Part shown: one piece after another, positions 47,906 to 60,860 of the stretch | Layout: every line of letters begins with the position of its first letter | How positions within the stretch are numbered: position 1 is the first letter of the stretch | DNA from: Squalus acanthias | Taxonomy: Eukaryota | Assembly (NCBI GenBank): GCA_030390025.1 | Contig: CM059432.1 | Coordinates: 142,726,001-142,790,000, forward strand | Length of the DNA stretch: 64,000 nt | Reading direction: 5' to 3' | Notes under the pieces: generated by a model | Told to the model about the DNA's origin: nothing | Database searches by the model: none | The model's input: the letters and a program-made list of their open reading frames with translations, nothing else | Made by a program: the position numbers and the translations under genes

Positions 47906-50900
47906 GGATGGGGGGGTCGGCGAGCGGGCGATGGGTCTGGTTGGGGGGCGGCGAGCGGGCGATGGGTCTGGTGGGGGGCGGCGAGCGGGCGATGGGTCTG
48001 GTTCAGGGGGGGCGAGTGGGCGATGGGTCTGGTGGGGAGGGACGAGCGAGCGATGGGTCTGGTGGGGAGGAACGAGCGAGCGATGGGTCTGGTTCGGGGG
48101 CGAGCGAGCGATGGGTCTGGTTCGGGGGCGAGCGAGCGATGGGTCTGGTGGGGAGGGCGAGCGGGCGATGGGTCTGGTTCGGGGGGCGATGGGTCTGGTT
48201 CGGGGAGGGCAAGCGGGCGATGGGTCTGGTTCGGGGAGGGCAAGCGGGCGATGGGTCTGGTTCGGGGAGGGCAAGCGGGCGATGGGTCTGGTTCAGGGAG
48301 GGACGAGCGAGCGATGGGTCTGGTGGGGAGGGCGAGCGGGCGAAGGGTCTGGTTCGGGGGGGCGATGGGTCTGGTTCGGGGAGGGCAAGCGGGCGATGGG
48401 TCTGGTGGGGAGGGACGAGCGAGCGATGGGTCTGGTTCGGGGAGGGACGAGCGAGCGAAGGGTCTGGTTCGGGGGGGCGAGCGGGTGATGGGTCTGGTTC
48501 GGGGAGGGACGAGCGAGCGATGGGTCTGGTTCGGGGCGGCGAGCGGGCGATGGGTCTGGTTCGGGGGGCGAGCGGGCGATGGGTCTGGTTCGGGGGGCGA
48601 GCGGGTGATGGGTCTGGTGGGGAGGGACGAGCGGGCGATGGGTCTGGTTGGGGGGTGAGCGGGCGATGGGTCTGGTTGGGGGGTGAGCGGGCGATGGGTC
48701 TGGTTAGGGGGCGAGCGGGGCGATGGGTCTGGTTGGGGGGCGAGAGGGCGATGGGTCTGGTTGGGGGGCGAGCGGGCGATGGGTCTTGTTGGGGGGCGAG
48801 AGGGCGATGGGTCTGGTTGGGGGGCGAGCGGGCGATGGGTCTGGTTCGGGGGGCGAGCGGGCGATGGGTCTTGTTGGGGGGCGAGCGGGCGATGGGTCTT
48901 GTTGGGGGGGGCGAGCGGGCGATGGGTCTGGTTCGGGGGGCGAGCGGGCGATGGGTCTGGTTCGGGGGGCGAGCGGGCGATGGGTCTGGTTCGGGGGGCG
49001 AGCGGGCGATGGGTCTTGTTGGGGGGCGAGCGGGCGATGGGTCTTGTTGGGGGGTGAGCGGGCGATGGGTCTTGTTGGGGGGTGAGCGGGCGATGGGTCT
49101 GGTTGGGGGGTGAGCGGGCGATGGGTCTGGTTGGGGGGCGAGCGGGCGATGGGTCTGGTTGGGGGGTGAGCGGGCGATGGGTCTGGTTGGGGGGTGAGAG
49201 GGCGATGGGTCTGGTTGGGGGGCGAGCGGGCGATGGGTCTGGTTGGGGGGCGAGAGGGCGATGGGTCTGGTTGGGGGGCGAGAGGGCGATGGGTCTTGTT
49301 GGGGGGCGAGCGGGCGATGGGTCTGGTTGGGGGGCGAGCGGGCGATGGGTCTTGTTGGGGGGTGAGCGGGCGATGGGTCTTGTTGGGGGGTGAGCGGGCG
49401 ATGGGTCTTGTTGGGGGGCGAGAGGGCGATGGGTCTGGTTGGGGGGCGAGCGGGCGATGGGTCTTGTTGGGGGGCGAGCGGGCGATGGGTCTTGTTGGGG
49501 GGCGAGCGGGCGATGGGTCTTGTTGGGGGGTGAGCGGGCGATGGGTCTTGTTGGGGGGTGAGCGGGCGATGGGTCTTGTTGGGGGCGAGCGGGTGATGGG
49601 TCTGGTTAGGGGGCGAGCGGGCGATGGGTCTTGTTGGGGGGCGAGAGGGCGATGGGTCTGGTTGGGGGGCGAGCGGGCGATGGGTCTTGTTGGGGGGCGA
49701 GAGGGCGATGGGTCTGGTTGGGGGGCGAGCGGGCGATGGGTCTGGTTCGGGGGGCGAGCGGGCGATGGGTCTGGTTGGGGGGTGAGCGGGCGATGGGTCT
49801 GGTTGGGGGGTGAGCGGGCGATGGGTCTTGTTGGGGGGTGAGCGGGCGATGGATCTTGTTAGGGGGCGAGCGGGCGATGGGTCTGGTTAGGGGGCGAGCG
49901 GGGTGATGGGTCTTGTTAGGGGGCGAGCGGGCGATGGGTCTGGTTAGGGGGCGAGCGGGTGATGGGTCTGGTTAGGGGGCGAGCTGGTGATGGGTCTTGT
50001 TGGGGGGCGAGCGGGCGATGGATCTTGTTGGGGGGTGAGCGGGCGATGGATCTTGTTGGGGGGCGAGCGGGCGATGGATCTTGTTGGGGGGTGAGCGGGG
50101 CGATGGATCTTGTTGGGGGGCGAGCGGGCGATGGATCTTGTTGGGGGGTGAGCGGGTGATGGGTCTGGTTAGGGGGCGAGCTGGTGATGGGTCTTGTTGG
50201 GGGGCGAGCGGGCGATGGATCTTGTTGGGGGGTGAGCGGGCGATGGATCTTGTTGGGGGGCGAGCGGGTGATGGGTCTTGTTAGGGGGCGAGCGGGTGAT
50301 GGGTCTTGTTAGGGGGCGAGCGGGCGATGGGTCTGGTTAGGGGGCGAGCGGGTGATGGGTCTGGTTAGGGGGCGAGCTGGTGATGGGTCTTGTTGGGGGG
50401 CGAGCGGGCGATGGATCTTGTTGGGGGGTGAGCGGGCGATGGATCTTGTTGGGGGGCGAGCGGGTGATGGGTCTTGTTAGGGGGCGAGCGGGCGATGGGT
50501 CTGGTTAGGGGGCGAGCGGGTGATGGGTCTGGTTAGGGGGCGAGCTGGTGATGGGTCTTGTTGGGGGGCGAGCGGGTGATGGGTCTGGTTCGGGGGCGAG
50601 CGGGCGATGGGTCTTGTTGGGGGGTGAGCGGGTGATGGGTCTGGTTGGGGGGCGAGAGGGCGATGGGTCTGGTTTGGGGGCGAGCGGGTGATGGGTCTTG
50701 TTGGGGGGCGAGCGGGCGATGGATCTTGTTGGGGGCGAGCGGGCGATGGATCTTGTTGGGGGGCGAGCGGGCGATGGGTCTTGTTGGGGGCGAGCGGGCG
50801 ATGGATCTTGTTGGGGGGCGAGCGGGCGATGGGTTTTGTTGGGGGGTGAGCGGGCGATGGGTCTTGGGGCGAGCGGGTAATGGGTCTTGTTGGGGGGCGA

Positions 50901-50950
50901 GCGGGTGATGGGCGGGGTTGGGGGAGTGAGCGGGTGATGGGCGGGGTTGA
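47906..50950. repeat. G-rich minisatellite, about 28-bp unit, about 3 kb (roughly 105-110 units)
   Basis: Consensus gagcgggcgatgggtctggttggggggc with positional variants. Confidence 0.97.
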
Positions 50951-51749
50951 GGGCTTGCATGGTAAGAAATAAAGGCAGGAACCGATCCACTGGTGGCATA
51001 CTGTGCTGATATAAACAGTAATAGCTTTCCACATCGAGCATAGAGTCAGCATAAATGGTAAATGCAATCAGAAGTCCTGATACCTGATGGAACACTTGAG
51101 AACTTTCAGTGCTTCTGTAGGGTTGAAGTTAATGCCAGTGTGATGTAATATAATGCTGGTAATGATCCAGGATTTTATAATGTAATAAGTTGAAATAGAA
51201 GCATGAAATATATTTCTCAGGAGTTGAAAATTGATTTCTAACTTGAATTTCTGCATCAAATTATGACTTGAGCTGCCTTTTGTGGGCAAAGTAAATTTAG
51301 AAGGAGGAATACAAACTACATTTTTCCACCATGTAAATAACCTGTGAAGCCTTTGTTGAGACCACATTATAGACGGTTGAAAGTGTGAAAATCAACTTCT
51401 GTTAGTTAATTTCTAATGGCTCAGGTAAATGTTGGATGCCATGAGCTACTGAAACTTCTACACGCAGCCACTGTAGCATCAGTTCAGCAATAATAGAATG
51501 GTTTGACCTACATCCCCTTGTATTTAATTGTTAATAAATGGGGAGTGTGTGAAAAATAAAATGTTCAGCAAGTAAATTACCCATGTGCATTTCCTTTGTG
51601 TTGCTGTGCTTTTCAATACATAACAGTACAAAAAAGCTTTGCCAGCTCTCCATCTTGGTGTCTGAGTTCAGGAAGATAAATGCTTGAATATTTGATCAGA
51701 TGTGACCAGCCCTTGTTTTTACATTTGTACTGATAATGACAATACACAG

Positions 51750-52542
51750 CCCAAGGCTTGGGCTGATAAGTGGAACACAAATGACTATCTCCAACAAGCG
51801 AGAGTCTAACCACCGCCCCATGACATTCAACGGCATTACCATCGCCGAATCCCCCACCATCAACATCCTGGGGGGTTACCATTGACCAGAAACTTAACTG
51901 GACCAGCCACATAAATATTGTGGCTACAAGAGCAGGTCAGAGGCTGGGTATTCTGCGGCGAGTGTCTCACCACCTGACTCCCCAAAGCCTTTCCACCATC
52001 CACAAGGCACAAGTAAGGAGTGTGATGGAATACTCTCCATTTGCCTGGATGAGTGCAGCTCCAACAGCACTCAAGAAGCTCGACACCATCCAGGACAAAG
52101 CAGCCCGCTTGATTGATTGTCACCCCATCCACTACCTTAAACATTCACTCTCTCCACCACCGGCGTACCGTGGCTGCAGTGTGTACCATTTACAAGATGC
52201 ACTGCAGCAACTCGCCAAGGCTTCTTCGGCAGCACCTCCCAAACCCGCGACCTCTTCCACTAGAAGGACAAGGGCAGCAGGCGCATGGGAACACCACCAC
52301 CTCCAAGTTCCCCTCCAAGTCACACACCATCCTGACTTAGAAGTATATCGGCCGATCCTTCACCGTCGCTGGGTCAAAATCCTGGAACTCCCTACCTAGC
52401 AGCACTGTGGGAGCACCTTCACCACACGGACTGCAGCGGTTCAAGTAGGCAGCTCACCATCACCTTCTCAAGGGCAATTAGGGAGGGGCAATAAATGCTG
52501 GCCTTGCCAGCGACGGCCACATCCCATAAACTAATTAAACAA
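51750..52542 (+). mobile_element. Family A LINE 3' part
   Basis: ATRAGQRLGILRR...EYSPFAWMSAAPT; family A tail. Confidence 0.88.
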
Positions 52543-53056
52543 AGTCACAGACTTGCATCTTTCGAGTGTTGTGCAGCTTGCTGCTATATCTAAAGTTATT
52601 GTGCTGAACTAATCGTTTACTAATTCACTATGGGCAAGGTGATATCAGTAATTTAAAAAAATACAAAACAAATACCAGATGAATAAGTAAGGATTCCATT
52701 AGTTAAAACCAAGTGCTGCTGGAATAGTGCTGTGTGGGATTGCAGCCATTAATCGGAGGTTAAGAAAAGTTACACATTTTGTAAAGGTTTGGTTTCTGAA
52801 GGTGCTAAATTAATGTCGTATCACGAGCAGGTTGAAACCTATAGTAGCGAGCTTTTTACTGATCAACCAGGGTTACCATAAGACTCCCAAGTTGTAATCG
52901 TACTGCAAAAAGCAAGCTTATTGGGATGTCCCCAATGCTGGTTTTAATTGGTCTCCATGGTAGTTTATGCTTGGTTTGCCTCACCAGTTATGCAAGGGAA
53001 CAAGTTCAATAGGTTGAAATAATTACATTTAATGCGTTTTCTTCCCGTTTCAACAG

Positions 53057-53182
53057 GTTCCTTCTACTGACCGCAATGCCCTGAGTTCACTCTGGGGGAA
53101 ACTAGCATCAGAGATTCTGATGCAGAACTGGGAAGCTGCCATGGAGGATCTAACGCGACTCAAAGAAACCATTGATAATAAT
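53057..53182 (+). CDS. EIF3E: eIF3e exon 6 ([42 protein letters not shown])
   Basis: caacag acceptor, GTAAGC donor, 126 nt. Confidence 0.97.
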
Positions 53183-53389
53183 GTAAGCACCTTTCACGTG
53201 TTGCATACTTCCCCCCCAAAGGTTAAATTTAGTCAATTTGTGGTAAAAGTGGGCATTTTTCAAATTTCAAAAGAGTATGTCACTATGCTTTGTAACTTGA
53301 GTGTGTTTGGTACAGGTGGAGCTTTGAAGTAGATTGGTTTCCCACCAGATTTAACCTGCAAATTAAAAGCTGTTTCATATTTCTCTCAG

Positions 53390-53514
53390 TCTGTCAGTTC
53401 TCCTCTCCAGTCTCTTCAGCAAAGGACATGGTTAATCCACTGGTCACTGTTTGTGTTCTTCAACCATCCTAAAGGCAGAGACAACATCATTGACCTCTTC
53501 CTTTATCAACCACA
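53390..53514 (+). CDS. EIF3E: eIF3e exon 7 ([41 protein letters not shown]..); gene continues beyond the window
   Basis: ttctctcag acceptor, GTGAGT donor, 125 nt. Confidence 0.97.
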
Positions 53515-54141
53515 GTGAGTACTGTACACGCACAGCATTTTTCACTTGTTAAACTTTGCATAGATGGATTAACAGTCACCCAACTAGAAAAATCATGGGA
53601 GCGCCCATCCCTTTTAGACTGAAAGTCATGCGATTTCATTTAACGTGCTATGAACATGCTCTCTGTTTCCCATTGCAACTTGGTGCTTTTTCACCCAGGG
53701 ACTTAAAGACTGTTAAGTTAGCCAAATGGTTTGCCATATGGCCCCATATTTTTTTAAAGTGTATTTTAAGTCCAAGAAAAGTGGTTAACTAAATACCAAA
53801 TGCTATGTTAACCATAGTCATAATAGTTTTTATTTTCCTGCATGCACAATTTGAGGGCTTGAGGTTCAAAGCCAGTAAATAAACCAAAACATTTATTTAC
53901 CACGAGCTGTTGGTTTGTTATTGCAAACACTTGGCTGGTGTGTTGGACTCTTAATGGGGGCGCATTTCAAATCCAGTCGCAATTCTTAATGGAACATCCT
54001 TTTCTAACTATCCTCAGACCCCACATTTTGTACAGTGACGATTTGAAAGTAAATCTGAAATGTAGTTCACAACTTTCTTTTAATAGAGCTGGTAAGTTCG
54101 AAACAGTTTGGTGAAAATCAGAAAGCTGACTTGGATACATA

Positions 54142-55817
54142 GGGCTGGATTTTGCGGGGGTGTCAGCGGACACAATCAATGGCAGGTCGGGTGGGAAAGT
54201 GTTTTTTTTCCCCAGCGGGTTGGGACCCCGCTGTGAAGCCCCTGCAAACCCCTCCCCAGCCACGTGCATGTCGGGTCTGTCAGCGCTGAGCAGACCCGAC
54301 ATGCAGTGGGCGGGTTCACAGTGGGGGACCCAATTCAGGTAATTAGTGGCTTGTTTAGAGCCACTTAAGAATGAATTTCCGCTCACCTGCATTTGACAGC
54401 TCGCCCACAGGGTCCACGCTGGTCGTGGACCACGTCTGCCAAGCTGAGGCGGGAGTTCAGTGGGTGGCCATTGAATCAGCTGTTGAGTTGACAGCTTGAA
54501 ATGTACAGTAAAAGCTCCCACCTTAGAGATATCTTCCTTCCTGAGCTGTTCCTCACTGCATTTCCACAGCAGATTCACCATGCTGAAAGTCTTTACACAA
54601 GTCTCCTTCCAGTCTGACTTCATTACCTCTCTCACCATTGACATCGCTTCTGTCATCTCTACTTCACTTGCCATCTATTCCATCAGCTTGGGTGCCCTTT
54701 ATACTCTCTCACCTTGTTCCTCAGAATCCCACTACGATCAGCCAGAACACCGGCAGCACCAACACCACCACCAACCTTCTCCGCAATCAACTGATGCTGC
54801 ACAGGACAGAGCGCATCAGCACCCGAACACATTGCTGCCCGGGATGGCCTCACCATGGCCAGATTTACATCACTTGATGCTGTACACCCTGGCTGCCACA
54901 TGATGCGCCAGATTGGCACCACACCAACACCATAAAGCATCCCTACAATGCCCAAGCCATTCCTTTCACACTCATCACCATTGCAGGGGGTACCGTTATG
55001 TCTCACCATTCACTGCAACTCACTAAGCCACTTCCAAAGGTGCACACAAATCTGTCCAAGAATGCAAAGTATTGAAAATAAAGCTTTCAGTGTTTGACAC
55101 CACATTAACAGAAACTTTTCATGAACATTGGATAAAACACCCAAGTGCCTACCCTTGTGTGTTGTTAGTTGGTATGATTGCTCTAGGATGAGGGTGAGTG
55201 TGAGGGGTGGCTAGTGAGATGGGGAAGTGATAATGTAGATAGAGAGGGATGGGTGGAGGTGCAAGGTAAGTTGGTGTGAGTAATGATGTGCAGGAGTAGG
55301 GAAGGGAAGGCAGAGTGATGGGGATGTGATGAGAGGCACAGCAAGATGAGGCTGAGTGTGGCTTTGTACTAACATTTTGTGATCTACTGAGATCATTGAA
55401 ACGTTTGTGGTACTGCACCCAGGTCCTCCTGACCACATCCCTGCTTGTGCCCTCCTCTGCAATGTGCAACCAGGCTGTGTTGATCCTCTGGGGAGGTCTC
55501 TTCCGCCCATGGGAAGGGAAGATGACCTCCCTGCGTGCTGTGACTCCCTCCATAAGCATATGGAGGGAGACATGGGAGAGCTTGGGTGCACCTTTGTGCA
55601 GTGCTTGTCAGTGTTTGCAGCACTTAAGGCCATGGTCCCTTTAAGGAAACCAGCTGATGACGCATCATCAAATGATGTCACCAGGCCCGCTTCCTCTAAT
55701 TGGCTGGGAAACGCGCTGGGTGGGCTTAACAACCTCAATCAAGGGAAATTCATTTCAGAGGCCGGGATGGAGACAGCAGCGGGGTTGGGACCCACCGAGG
55801 TTCGTCAAATCCTGGCC
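54142..55817. mobile_element. Degenerate PIF/Harbinger DNA transposon
   Basis: TIR gggctggattttg / caaatcctggcc, ATA on both flanks (3-bp TSD), internal Myb/SANT-like remnant. Confidence 0.75.
55375..55560 (-). pseudogene. Harbinger Myb/SANT-like DNA-binding domain remnant
   Basis: LMEGVTARREVIFP...NTAWLHIAEE...RRTWVQYHKRFNDL fits the W..IA...RT..Q.RKRFNDL trihelix pattern. Confidence 0.75.
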
Positions 55818-57919
55818 ATAAATCCTACAGGCGACTTGCCTCGTGAGAGATGCATTATTCTGCAGGTGGCGTCAGCTGGCACAACCGTGCAATTGTGGTG
55901 CACTGTAACAATCACCAGTCGGCCTGCAGCAACTCATGAACTGACGAATAGTCAAGATAGGAGAAAATCAGGGGAAGGAAGAAGGCCGTTGGAACCGAGC
56001 AAAGTAATCGAAAGGGATGCCGAGCCTGTGCGCCAAGGTGCCCTAGCTGCCACACAGCAGAGCTGTTTAGAAACCCAAGGCAGTGAATTGGATCTGGAGC
56101 TCGTCCAGGTCCCAATTGTGTGTGCTGTGCCATTTCTGATTTAGGTTGGGTTAGAATGGACTCGGTCGCTGCGCATACGTGGCAACTTGCAGTTGGCTGG
56201 CATACCATGCCAATTCCAAATGAAAGAGTACAAAGTAAAACGCGTTTGGCTTTTGGATTGTATGTTGAAATTGTCTTTGATTGCTTTGTAAATTTAGTGA
56301 GTTCAGGAAGGAATGCGTTTTTAAATTTTTCTTTGTTACATTGCTTTAAACTATGTCCAGATCTGTAATCTGCTTGTAACTCCTGCTGGTCTAAGTTAGA
56401 AGCAATGATCCCAATAAAAGTTGAATTTTATTGAGTATTTTTGTGGCCTAGCTGGGAATTTGGGTGCATTCTGAGACGCAAGAATGAATTATCTTGGTTG
56501 TAAATATGTTATCGCTGAAGAGTTTTTATGAAGTGGGAGTAAAATGAGGGACATTTAAGACGTTAATGGATTGAGTGGCGGGCTGTGAGGGAATAGCACT
56601 TTTGGAAAGTTGTGGCAAGTTGTCTGTTCGTGGTGGTTCTGGGAACCAAGTGCGCATTTCTATCTTGTCCCGAGGAAACCTGAATCTCTAGCCCATTACA
56701 GCAGAGATTGAATGTTTACAGGAGGCTAATTAACCTGATTTTTAGCATGATTATACTGAGGCTACGTTGAATGTGAATCGTTTAGAATTGAAGTTCAGGT
56801 GTGCAACATGGAGAATGATCTAGTTGTCAACATCATGGATTCTAAGTGACTTGAGAGGTAAAATTATCTGTAAACACTGATTTATTTGAAAATTAAGTCA
56901 ACCGTGACCACAAACATGTAGACTGTTCAGCAAAGCCAGCTGCACGTGTGTGTTTTATGGAACTTTTCCTGCGAAGCAGATGCATTGGATATATTTCACT
57001 TGATACGGGAGAGGTTGTAAACGCTGTAGTGCTCTGAACATAAACTAGCTTCCTATTTGAAAGATTACAAGCTTTCTTTTTTAAACGCAAGATGAAAAAG
57101 AACGATTTGAGCAGCCTGTAAACTCTCTGGTAATTGCTAAATGAGTAGCTTGCAAGCGGGAGTCTGGCTCACAAAATCCTTTGGTGTGTAGAGCTTCTGC
57201 ACTTTTAAATTAATTGCCCACCTTCAAGCAGTGTGAATGTATGCACATGGCTTGTGTATCTGCTTGCCCAAAGGGATCTGTTAGTCTTCAGTTAATCTAC
57301 ACTCTATCCGAACATGTGGGAAGCTTCTAATGTAGACCACATGAGTGCTAAACGCCTACTGCAGTGCGTGGTGTGGATGAGTCCTGTTCAATTACAAGAT
57401 GCCTTGCCCGTTGCAGGCTGTTCTAATTTGCCCCCAAGTGTGTGTCACTGATTCTTAATTGCTCCCCTGTTTCCTGCAATGCGCCCTCGGTAAAGAAAAG
57501 TGCTTGCTTATTTTATCTCCGCTTTTGGTTCTCAGGAGGTGTGTTTCATCTTTTTTTTTTGTACGCTTAGCCTGTGGCATTTCAAAATGCCACTGCTCTG
57601 CGCTCGTTAAAGTGGAATTAAGTGAAGTCAGAATGATCGTGCTGCTGATTCACATAATCAGTGAGGTTGATTGGAGTGTGTTGCAGTGTCGAGGGTTGCT
57701 GGCTGGTAATGGGTGATTCTTGTAAGAAGGCATCGGCCCCATCTGACAAAATGTCTGGGACTCTTCCTAACAAAAACATTTTGAAGAAACAGAAGGGGAG
57801 GGAAAAAACCAGAAGAAATTTAATTTTTTAAAACTACTGTAAAGTTTCTGTGAAACATATTTCGGTGCCCATTAATTCCAGTTAATTAATAAAGAATGTA
57901 CTGTGCAAAAACTACATGT

Positions 57920-58315
57920 TCTTAGAGTGGAGAGGTTTAAGGGGAGATTTTAATAGAGGCAGTCAAAACTGAGGGGATTTGATAAATTAAATAGGAGGAA
58001 CTGTTTCCACTGGGAGGAGGGTCGGTAACCAGAGGTCACAGATTTAAGATAATTGGCAAAAGAATCTGAGGGGGAGATGCAGAGAATTTGTTTTATGCAG
58101 CGAGTTGTTTTAATCTGGAATGCACTGCCTGAAAGGGTGGTGGAAGCAGATTCAATAGTAACTTTCAAAAGGGAATTGGATAAATACTTGAAAAGGAAAC
58201 ATTTACAGTGCTATGGGAAAAGAGCAGGGGAGTGGCAATCATTGGATAGCTCTTTCAAAGAGCCGACATAAGCACAATGGGCCGAATGGTCTCCTGTGCC
58301 GTATGATTCTATGAC
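57920..58315 (+). mobile_element. CR1 3' end
   Basis: QRVVLIWNALPERVVEADSIVTFKRELDKYL; ends gggccgaatgg..tgattctatga. Confidence 0.85.
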
Positions 58316-58493
58316 ATTACAAAATATCTGAGCCAGAAGGGATACATCAGAGAATCCTCGAGTTGAAAGGAAATTCATGATATTTTGGTTGATATTTTCA
58401 GAGCTCCATGAATACTAGAGAAGTGGGATTGAAGGATGACAAATATAGTTCCAATATTCAAAAAACGGAGTAAGGCACAAAACCTGGTTATTG

Positions 58494-58564
58494 GCCTACT
58501 GCCACACTACTCTGAAATGCACGATCCCATCTGATCTCCGAAGCTAAACTAGAGTCGGGTCAGT
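58494..58564 (+). pseudogene. Degenerate 5' fragment of 5S rRNA (pseudogene or SINE3 head)
   Basis: gcctactgccacactactctgaaatgcacgatcccatctgatctccgaagctaaactagagtcggg aligns by eye with the first 70 nt or so of vertebrate 5S rRNA. Confidence 0.7.
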
Positions 58565-59204
58565 TTGTCTAACCTCTGTAGTGGGGAACTAAACTTGGGG
58601 GTTTTGTGAAGGGTATTACAGAATATCCCCTTCCTGTTTGTGAAGTAAAATTGAGCATTTAAAAATAGTTTTCTTGTCTAACCTTGCCTCTAAATTCTAG
58701 CTTTAGGAATAATAACTCAAACCGCAGGTATGTCTGAAAGACTGGGCCTCACAGTAAAAATGTTCTTGAAGGGTACTCGAGAACACAGTCAAATTTATAG
58801 TACGTTGAGTCTTGTTATTGTGAAATGTCATTCGTTGTAGTTTTCATTGTTATAAACTTCATTGTCAACATTAGATATTTTAGTTAATGAGAAAACGAGG
58901 CAAGTGGCCAAAAGGATTCATGAAAGTGGAAGAAATTTTCATTTTAACTCATTAGTTGCAAGTGTGCTGGAAATTTGCCCAAGATTTGTGGATGCCCAAA
59001 TGTGACATAGTGGGCAGGAAGTGTGTGCAGCCGTGCTATATATTTATTGGACTCTTCCAGTACATTCACATACATGTTTGAAACTATTGAGGTAATTTTA
59101 TGAAGCCTTTGTATATTTAAGTGTGCACTTAGAGAGGTTAGGAGGCTGTTGTGCATTTAGGTGTACTGTTGCATCAATTTTACGTTGGATAAAGCGTTTT
59201 TTTT

Positions 59205-59405
59205 CTTTATTCATTCACGGGATATGGGCGTCACTGGCAAGGCCAGCATTTATTGCCCATCCCTAATTGCCCTTAACTGAGTGGCTGCTAGGCCGTTTGA
59301 GGGCCGTTGCGAGTCAGCCACATTGCTGTGGGTCTGAAGTCACACGTTGGCCAGACCGGGTAAGGACAGAAGATTTCCTTCCTTCAAGGACGTTAGTGAA
59401 CCCAA
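59205..59405 (-). mobile_element. Short non-coding retroelement ending in the family A LINE tail
   Basis: 59205-59275 matches the LINE 3' terminus; 59276-59405 is unrelated to the LINE body. Confidence 0.6.
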
Positions 59406-59771
59406 CAGTTCCTTTGCTCCATCCTTGCCCCAGAAGTGTATAGCCTAGGGACTGTGCATAGTGCAAGAGGCTGTTCACATTTGCCTAGCACTTCCCCTTT
59501 AAATGGAAGATGGCCGAAAGTCCGGTTGTCGTCTCCAAAAATCTTAATGTTTTAGGGCAGCAATTTTCATGTTCCACTTTCTGGTGCCACGCCTAATAGC
59601 AGCCTGGAATATTGCCCCATGGAAGTGATCTTAACTTAGCGATGGGAAGTGCATTCTGAAATGTATTTTTTGTCTATATTATTTCTCTTTTTGGATGCCT
59701 CTCCATGATTACTGAGGTGGGATGAGTAACCTGGTTTGTAGACTACCGTGGGCTCAGATCAGGAGTGTGTT

Positions 59772-60860
59772 TAAGAACATAACATAAGAATTAGTAGCAG
59801 GAGTAGGCCATACAGCCCCTCATGCCTGCTGTGACATTCAGTAAGACCATGGCTGATCCTGGACCTCAACTCCTCCCACCCGATCCCCATATCCCTTGAT
59901 TCCCCGAGAGTCCAAAAATCTATCTAACTCAGTCTTGAATATACTCAACGATTCAGCATCCACAGACCTTTGGGGCAGAGAATTCCAAAGATTCACAACC
60001 CTCTGAGTGAAGAAATTCCTCCTCATCTCAGTCTTAAATGGCCTACCCCTTATCCTGAGACTATGCCCCCTAGTTCTACTCTCCAGCCAGGGGAAGCAAT
60101 CTCTCAGCATCTATCCTGTCAATCTCCCTCAGAATCTTGTACGTTTCAATGAGATCACCTCTGGTTCTTCTAAGCTCCAGAGAGTATAGGCCCATTCTAC
60201 TCCATCTCTTCTCATAGTACAACCCTCACATTCCAGGAATCAATCTAGTGAACCTTCGTTACACCGCCTCTAAGGCAAGTATATCCTTCCTTAGATAAGG
60301 AGACCAAAACTGAGCACAATACTCCAGGTGTGGTGTCACCTAAGAACATAAGAATTAGGAGCAGAAATAAGCCAGATGACCACTCTAACCTGCTCTGCCA
60401 TTCAATAAGGTAATGGCTGATCTTGGACCTCAACTCCACTCTCCTGTCTGATCCCCATATCCCTTGATTCCCCATGAGTCTAAAAGCCCCTATACAATTG
60501 CAGCAAGACTTATTTACTCTTGTACTCCAACCCCCTTGCAATAAAGACCAGCATGCCATTTGCCTTCCTAATTGCTTGCTGTACCTGCATGCTCTCTGTT
60601 TGTTGTACTAGGACACCTAAATCTCTCTGAACACCAATATTTAGTAGTTTCTCACCAGTTAAAAAAATATTCTGTTTTCCAATTCTTCCTACAAAAGTGA
60701 ATAACCTCACATTTCCCCACATTATACTCCATCTGCCACCTTATTGCCCACTCACTTAACCTGTCTATATCCCTTTGCAGGCTCTTCGTGTCCTCCTCAC
60801 AGCTTACTTTCCCGCCGAGCTTTGTATCGTCAGCAAACTTGGATAGAATACACTCGGTGT
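59772..60860 (-). mobile_element. CR1 LINE 3' part with a nested CR1 tail (about 60341-60485)
   Basis: SRTRGHSLRIRGRPFKTEMRRNFFTQRVVNLWNSLP; a second aagaacataagaa terminus interrupts the coding region. Confidence 0.88.

Noticed and set aside
49850..50560. Interstitial telomeric repeat (TTAGGG)
   Set aside because: TTAGGG occurs only singly as a variant within 28-bp units, never in tandem.
47887..51095. Long Gly/Arg- or Pro-rich ORFs up to 407 aa
   Set aside because: Translation artefacts of a stop-poor minisatellite, open in several frames at once.
55407..56144. 245-aa ORF as a gene
   Set aside because: Crosses the Harbinger boundary, is antisense to the Myb remnant and has no recognisable domain.
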